NCBI GenBank assembly: GCA_033764015.1
Contig: JANRJK010000002.1
Location: forward strand, 186,478 to 250,477
DNA length: 64,000 bases
From: Candidatus Sumerlaeia bacterium
Lineage (GTDB): Bacteria; Sumerlaeota; Sumerlaeia; SLMS01; JANRJK01
Reading direction: 5' to 3'
Made by a program: the position numbers and the translations under genes. Below are positions 59,218 through 64,000 of this stretch, in pieces. The notes below the pieces were generated by a model. That model was given only the letters and a program-made list of their open reading frames with translations, was not told where the DNA came from and searched no databases. Positions within the stretch are counted from its first letter, which is position 1, and each line of letters opens with the position of its first letter.

Positions 59218-59778
59218 ATGGCCTCCTCCCCGGAAGAACAGCTCGCGTCGATGATCGCGAACATGAAGAAGAACACCGGCAAGTCGCTCGAAGAGTGGCT
59301 CGCCGCCGCCGCGCACATGAAGGGCGCCAAGCACGGCGAGATCGTGAAGTTCCTGAAGGGCGAGCACGGCCTCGGCCACGGCTTCGCCAACGTGGTCGCC
59401 CATGAATTGCTGCGCGGCGACGCCCCGCCGGCCGGTGCCGAGGACCTCGTCGGCGCGCAGTACTCCGGCAAGAAGGAAGCGCTGCGGCCGCTCTACGACC
59501 GGCTCGCCGGGGAGGTCGCCAAGCTCGGTCCCGACGTCGAGCTTTCGCCAAAGAAGACCTGCGTCAGCTTCCGCCGCTCGAAGCAGTTCGGCTTGGTGCA
59601 GCCCGGCGCGGGGCGCTTGGACGTCGGCATCTGCCTGAAGGGCGTCGAACCCTCGGGACGCCTGGAAGCGGCCGGCAGCTTCAACGCCATGGTCTCCCAC
59701 CGCGTCCGCGTCACGGCGGAGTCGGAGGTCGACGCGGAGCTGCTCGGGTGGCTGCGGGCGGCGTACGAGCAGGCGTAA
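59218..59778 (+). CDS. DUF4287/DUF5655 domain protein
   Basis: TGKSLEEW...KHGEIVKFLKGEHGLGHGFAN, KKTCVSFRRSKQF, VDAELLGWLRAAY. Confidence 0.8.
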   Translation: MASSPEEQLASMIANMKKNTGKSLEEWLAAAAHMKGAKHGEIVKFLKGEHGLGHGFANVVAHELLRGDAPPAGAEDLVGAQYSGKKEALRPLYDRLAGEVAKLGPDVELSPKKTCVSFRRSKQFGLVQPGAGRLDVGICLKGVEPSGRLEAAGSFNAMVSHRVRVTAESEVDAELLGWLRAAYEQA

Positions 59779-59868
59779 TCCCAGCGGGGCCGGAGGGCTC
59801 GCCCCCTTCGGCCCCACTTTTGTATCTTTTCGCCACATGGGTCTTCGTGGCCGGAAAGGTGTGTCGAG

Positions 59869-61245
<1,377 letters not shown>

Positions 61246-61258
61246 GGAGGGATTCGGC

Positions 61259-62500
61259 TTGAAGCCCGTCGAGGCGTATGAGTACAGTCCCTATGGCGTG
61301 CCGATGGTCCACTCGCGCGAGGAGGACGGATCGGCGCAGCTCCGGGTCTGGGACGAGGCGAAGGTGTCGGTAAGGGCAGCAAACGGAACGCTCTCCTCGA
61401 ACGCCCGCCAAGGCGTGGCGGCGGGCGCCCCGCTGGGCTACAGCGGTGATAACAAGCTCTGCTGGTTCGGGTCGAACCTCTCGGTCAATCAGTGGCGGCG
61501 CCTTGAGCGGAATCTCGTTCAAGACCTTTCGGCTGCTTGGCCTGGCGTAACACTCACCAAGGTGCGCGGGATCACGATTGCCGCCTACGGCTCCTCAAGC
61601 CAGCACCTCTACATCGACGACGTGCGCTTCACGAACGCGATGACGACGGAGCATCTGACGCTCGGGCCCGGGGTGATTGGGCATATCTGGCGGCAGCGGT
61701 CGACGGATATTGCAACGTACGCGGCGACGGATCGTTGGTTCCACTACGACCAGGTCGGTTCCGTCCTATCAGAATCCAGCTCCGCAGGCACCCTCGCCCA
61801 ACGCCACGAACAAGATGCCTTCGGCAACACCGTCGCTAACTGGCAAAGCTACACCTGGGGCGGCGACCAAGCAGGCTGGCACCATAACTCGAAGGAGTAT
61901 GATGGGGAGTTGGGGTTGGTTTATATGCACCAGAGGTGGTACGATGGGAAGTTGGGGGCTTTTAGGAGCAGTGCACCGTATCCTACGTTTGCAGAAAGAA
62001 TCTACACCTTCACGGATCAGCGCCCTTTGGGTGCAGTCGACGCTTGGGGAGAATACCAACCGATCGGGGGCACTCCTGGAAACGGCCTTATAGGCACAGT
62101 GCTCGGTGGGCAGTCTGTGGAGTACCCTCGTCCGCAACAGGAACTTGATGATCTGAAGTCCAGTTTGAAGGATGCCTTGGAGGCGGGTTGGAACCCCAGG
62201 TGTACTACGAGGGCGAACAATGTCTGCTCGATCATAGGAGATAGGTTCTTTAACTGGTATCCCGCTATCCTGACTAGAGATGATGTATGGGTAAGGGGAG
62301 TGTTTTCCTTGACCCATACATTTGTCGTGCTAGTTGGAAGGGATCCAACAGGGCAAAGTGCTGCTTGCGACGTCATGGACCCCAATAATGTCGTTGTAGA
62401 TCCGTGGACCAATGTGTCATGGACTGGGTTTGACCACTTACGCATGATGCCTTTAGGGAAACGTCAGAAGGATCCGAAGGATGGATGGCGAAAAAGATGA
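61259..62500 (+). CDS. Truncated/orphan Rhs repeat-associated core protein with variable C-terminal putative toxin
   Basis: FHYDQVGSV...QDAFGN...KEYDGELGLVYMHQRWYD...G.F...Y.F....P...VDAWG core, followed by a lower-GC C-terminal domain with C/H/D residues. Confidence 0.75.
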   Translation: MKPVEAYEYSPYGVPMVHSREEDGSAQLRVWDEAKVSVRAANGTLSSNARQGVAAGAPLGYSGDNKLCWFGSNLSVNQWRRLERNLVQDLSAAWPGVTLTKVRGITIAAYGSSSQHLYIDDVRFTNAMTTEHLTLGPGVIGHIWRQRSTDIATYAATDRWFHYDQVGSVLSESSSAGTLAQRHEQDAFGNTVANWQSYTWGGDQAGWHHNSKEYDGELGLVYMHQRWYDGKLGAFRSSAPYPTFAERIYTFTDQRPLGAVDAWGEYQPIGGTPGNGLIGTVLGGQSVEYPRPQQELDDLKSSLKDALEAGWNPRCTTRANNVCSIIGDRFFNWYPAILTRDDVWVRGVFSLTHTFVVLVGRDPTGQSAACDVMDPNNVVVDPWTNVSWTGFDHLRMMPLGKRQKDPKDGWRKR

Positions 62501-62841
62501 TCATGACATCGCGCTTTAGGCTCACTGCTTTGTTGACTGTGTTGTTGATTGGGGTGTTGCTTGCAACCATCCCGTTTCTTCTTAATGAGTATCTGCCAGA
62601 GTCTGTGGCGTCCCAGTTGCGACTTCTGGAGAGTCATCGGATGCTGCTTTCGTCAGGTGTTCCTCTAGAGGAGTTACGAGATCCCTTTGGTGGTAGCTGT
62701 TACAAGGCATCTGTTGAAGGAGAAGTGTGGAGCGTTGGACCTGATGCTGAGTGGCAGGATGGAAGAGTATCTTATGATCCTACAAACGGAGCCAGCTCTG
62801 AGGGAGACATTTTGTTGGGTGTTTTTAGGGGGTCCCATTGA
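62497..62841 (+). CDS. Small membrane-anchored protein, candidate immunity protein, with GspG/pseudopilin-like C-terminal motif
   Basis: ATGA overlap with the Rhs stop; N-terminal hydrophobic helix; DPFG...WSVGPD...YDPTNG..S.GDI; low GC. Confidence 0.55.
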   Translation: MIMTSRFRLTALLTVLLIGVLLATIPFLLNEYLPESVASQLRLLESHRMLLSSGVPLEELRDPFGGSCYKASVEGEVWSVGPDAEWQDGRVSYDPTNGASSEGDILLGVFRGSH

Positions 62842-63105
62842 GAGCCAATCCAATAGCGTGTCTTAGCTGTTGCGCAGTGCACTTTCCGCTCTGCCCTTGA
62901 CGCCCTGATTAAGTGTTGTGCACTAGGGTGGCTAAATTTCGGCCAAGTGCTCACCGCCCCATGCGTTCCCTTGGATGAGCATCAAAGGTTCCGGTTCATC
63001 GCACTTTTACTGCGGAGTTGAACGCGCGCTACTACATTTTGCGGCTGGCTTGCAGTGGGACCATGTTTGCACGAAGTTCGCGGGAGATGTCGCTGCGTCC
63101 TTGGA

Positions 63106-64000
63106 TCAATACCTCACCCTCCAAGTCGGCGACTCCTCCACCCTGCTCCGCCTCCGATCATAGAGTCTGGTCGTGCTGACGTTCGCGTGCCCGAGCCATT
63201 CCTGCACCTTTGCGATGTCGGCTTGGTGCTCCAGGGCGTTGGTGGCGGCGGTTGCGCGGAGTGAGTGGACGCAGAGGCCGCGGAGGTCGATGCCGGCGCG
63301 GCGGGCGTGGTGTTGGACGATGTCGCGGAGGACAGATTCGGGGTGGAGCGGCTTGTCCAGATGGCCGCTGCGGCGGTTGCGGACAGGTCGGAAGAGCGGC
63401 GTTTCCAGTGGGTTGGTGGTGGCTTCGGCAGCGTCGAGATAGTCGTGGATCAGGTCGAGCGCGCGGTGGTGGGCAGGGATGTAGCGCACTTTACCGCCCT
63501 TCCCTTGCACGCGGAGGTGCACCACGCCGCGCCGGGGCTGGAGGTCGCCGAGGGTGAGTCGGCACAGCTCCTCGCGCCGAAGTCCGTGGTAGAGGAACAC
63601 GGCGAGGATCGCGCGGTCGCGTTTGCCTTTAAGCGTCGCGGGATCGGGGGCCTCGAGAAGCTGGCGGGCCTGGTCGTCGCTGATGGCGGGGGTCTTGCCC
63701 TCGTTCGGGTTCTCGATGGCGGGTCGGCGGACGCCGTTCGCGGGGTTGTCGGGGACGGCATTGCGTTCGCAGAGGTAGTCGAAGAGCGACGCGACGGCGG
63801 AGAGCTTGCGGCGGATCGTCGCCGGTGACGCGCCCCGGCGCTTCAGCTCGTCGCGCCATGCGATCATGTGCGCACGGGTCACTTGGCGGAACTCCGTCCC
63901 GCCCTCGATGCCGAGGAAGGCGATCAGATCGGCCACGTCGATCCGGTACGCGCGCCGCGTGCGGGGGTTATCGATGTTCGCGAGCCACTCGATCCAGGGC
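63106..64000 (-). CDS. Tyrosine recombinase/integrase (5' end outside window)
   Basis: The frame is open to the window edge (..EWLANIDNPRTRRAY..). Catalytic residues are present: R (GLRREE), K (GKGGK), HSLR, LGH, Y (TTRLY). Confidence 0.92.
   Translation of the reverse strand, partial: PWIEWLANIDNPRTRRAYRIDVADLIAFLGIEGGTEFRQVTRAHMIAWRDELKRRGASPATIRRKLSAVASLFDYLCERNAVPDNPANGVRRPAIENPNEGKTPAISDDQARQLLEAPDPATLKGKRDRAILAVFLYHGLRREELCRLTLGDLQPRRGVVHLRVQGKGGKVRYIPAHHRALDLIHDYLDAAEATTNPLETPLFRPVRNRRSGHLDKPLHPESVLRDIVQHHARRAGIDLRGLCVHSLRATAATNALEHQADIAKVQEWLGHANVSTTRLYDRRRSRVEESPTWRVRY

Noticed and set aside
62842..63105. Possible recombinase res/att site (gtgcac palindromes) and a 62-aa ORF
   Set aside because: The repeats are too short to distinguish from chance, and the ORF overlaps the recombinase end with no motif.

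Overview
This is a very GC-rich (roughly 70% by eye) bacterial chromosomal segment from a diderm, LPS-making organism (waaA, lgt, a LolD-like ATPase). The gene content resembles Candidatus Sumerlaeota/BRC1 or PVC-like lineages, but this is inference only. Most of the window is housekeeping: recQ, an M16 peptidase, clpS, tRNA-Gln(CTG), tRNA-Glu(CTC), trpD-trpC, nadB, lgt, rimO, eno, lemA, waaA, dut, cmk-plsC-rpsA, rpmH-rnpA-yidD, coaD and nnr. It also carries glycan export/modification genes, a Czc/Cus-type heavy-metal RND cluster, an ArsR-SRPBCC unit and a sigma-54 response regulator. The right end is a lower-GC accessory patch with an orphan Rhs-core/C-terminal toxin, a coupled small gene and a tyrosine recombinase that runs off the window. 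The most notable items are: (1) a stand-alone microcompartment shell gene with three fused BMC domains that have non-equivalent pore and edge motifs; (2) an Rhs-CT with a Cys-His-Asp papain-like toxin and a pseudopilin-like partner; (3) a chlamydial OmcB-like DUF11 lipoprotein; (4) a C10-tract frameshift that splits a CzcI/DUF2946-like gene heading the metal-efflux operon; (5) tandem membrane Ser/Thr kinases with an HRDLKPTQ catalytic loop; (6) a three-way-junction RNA leader before rpsA. All functional calls come from motif recognition by eye; no database searches were run.
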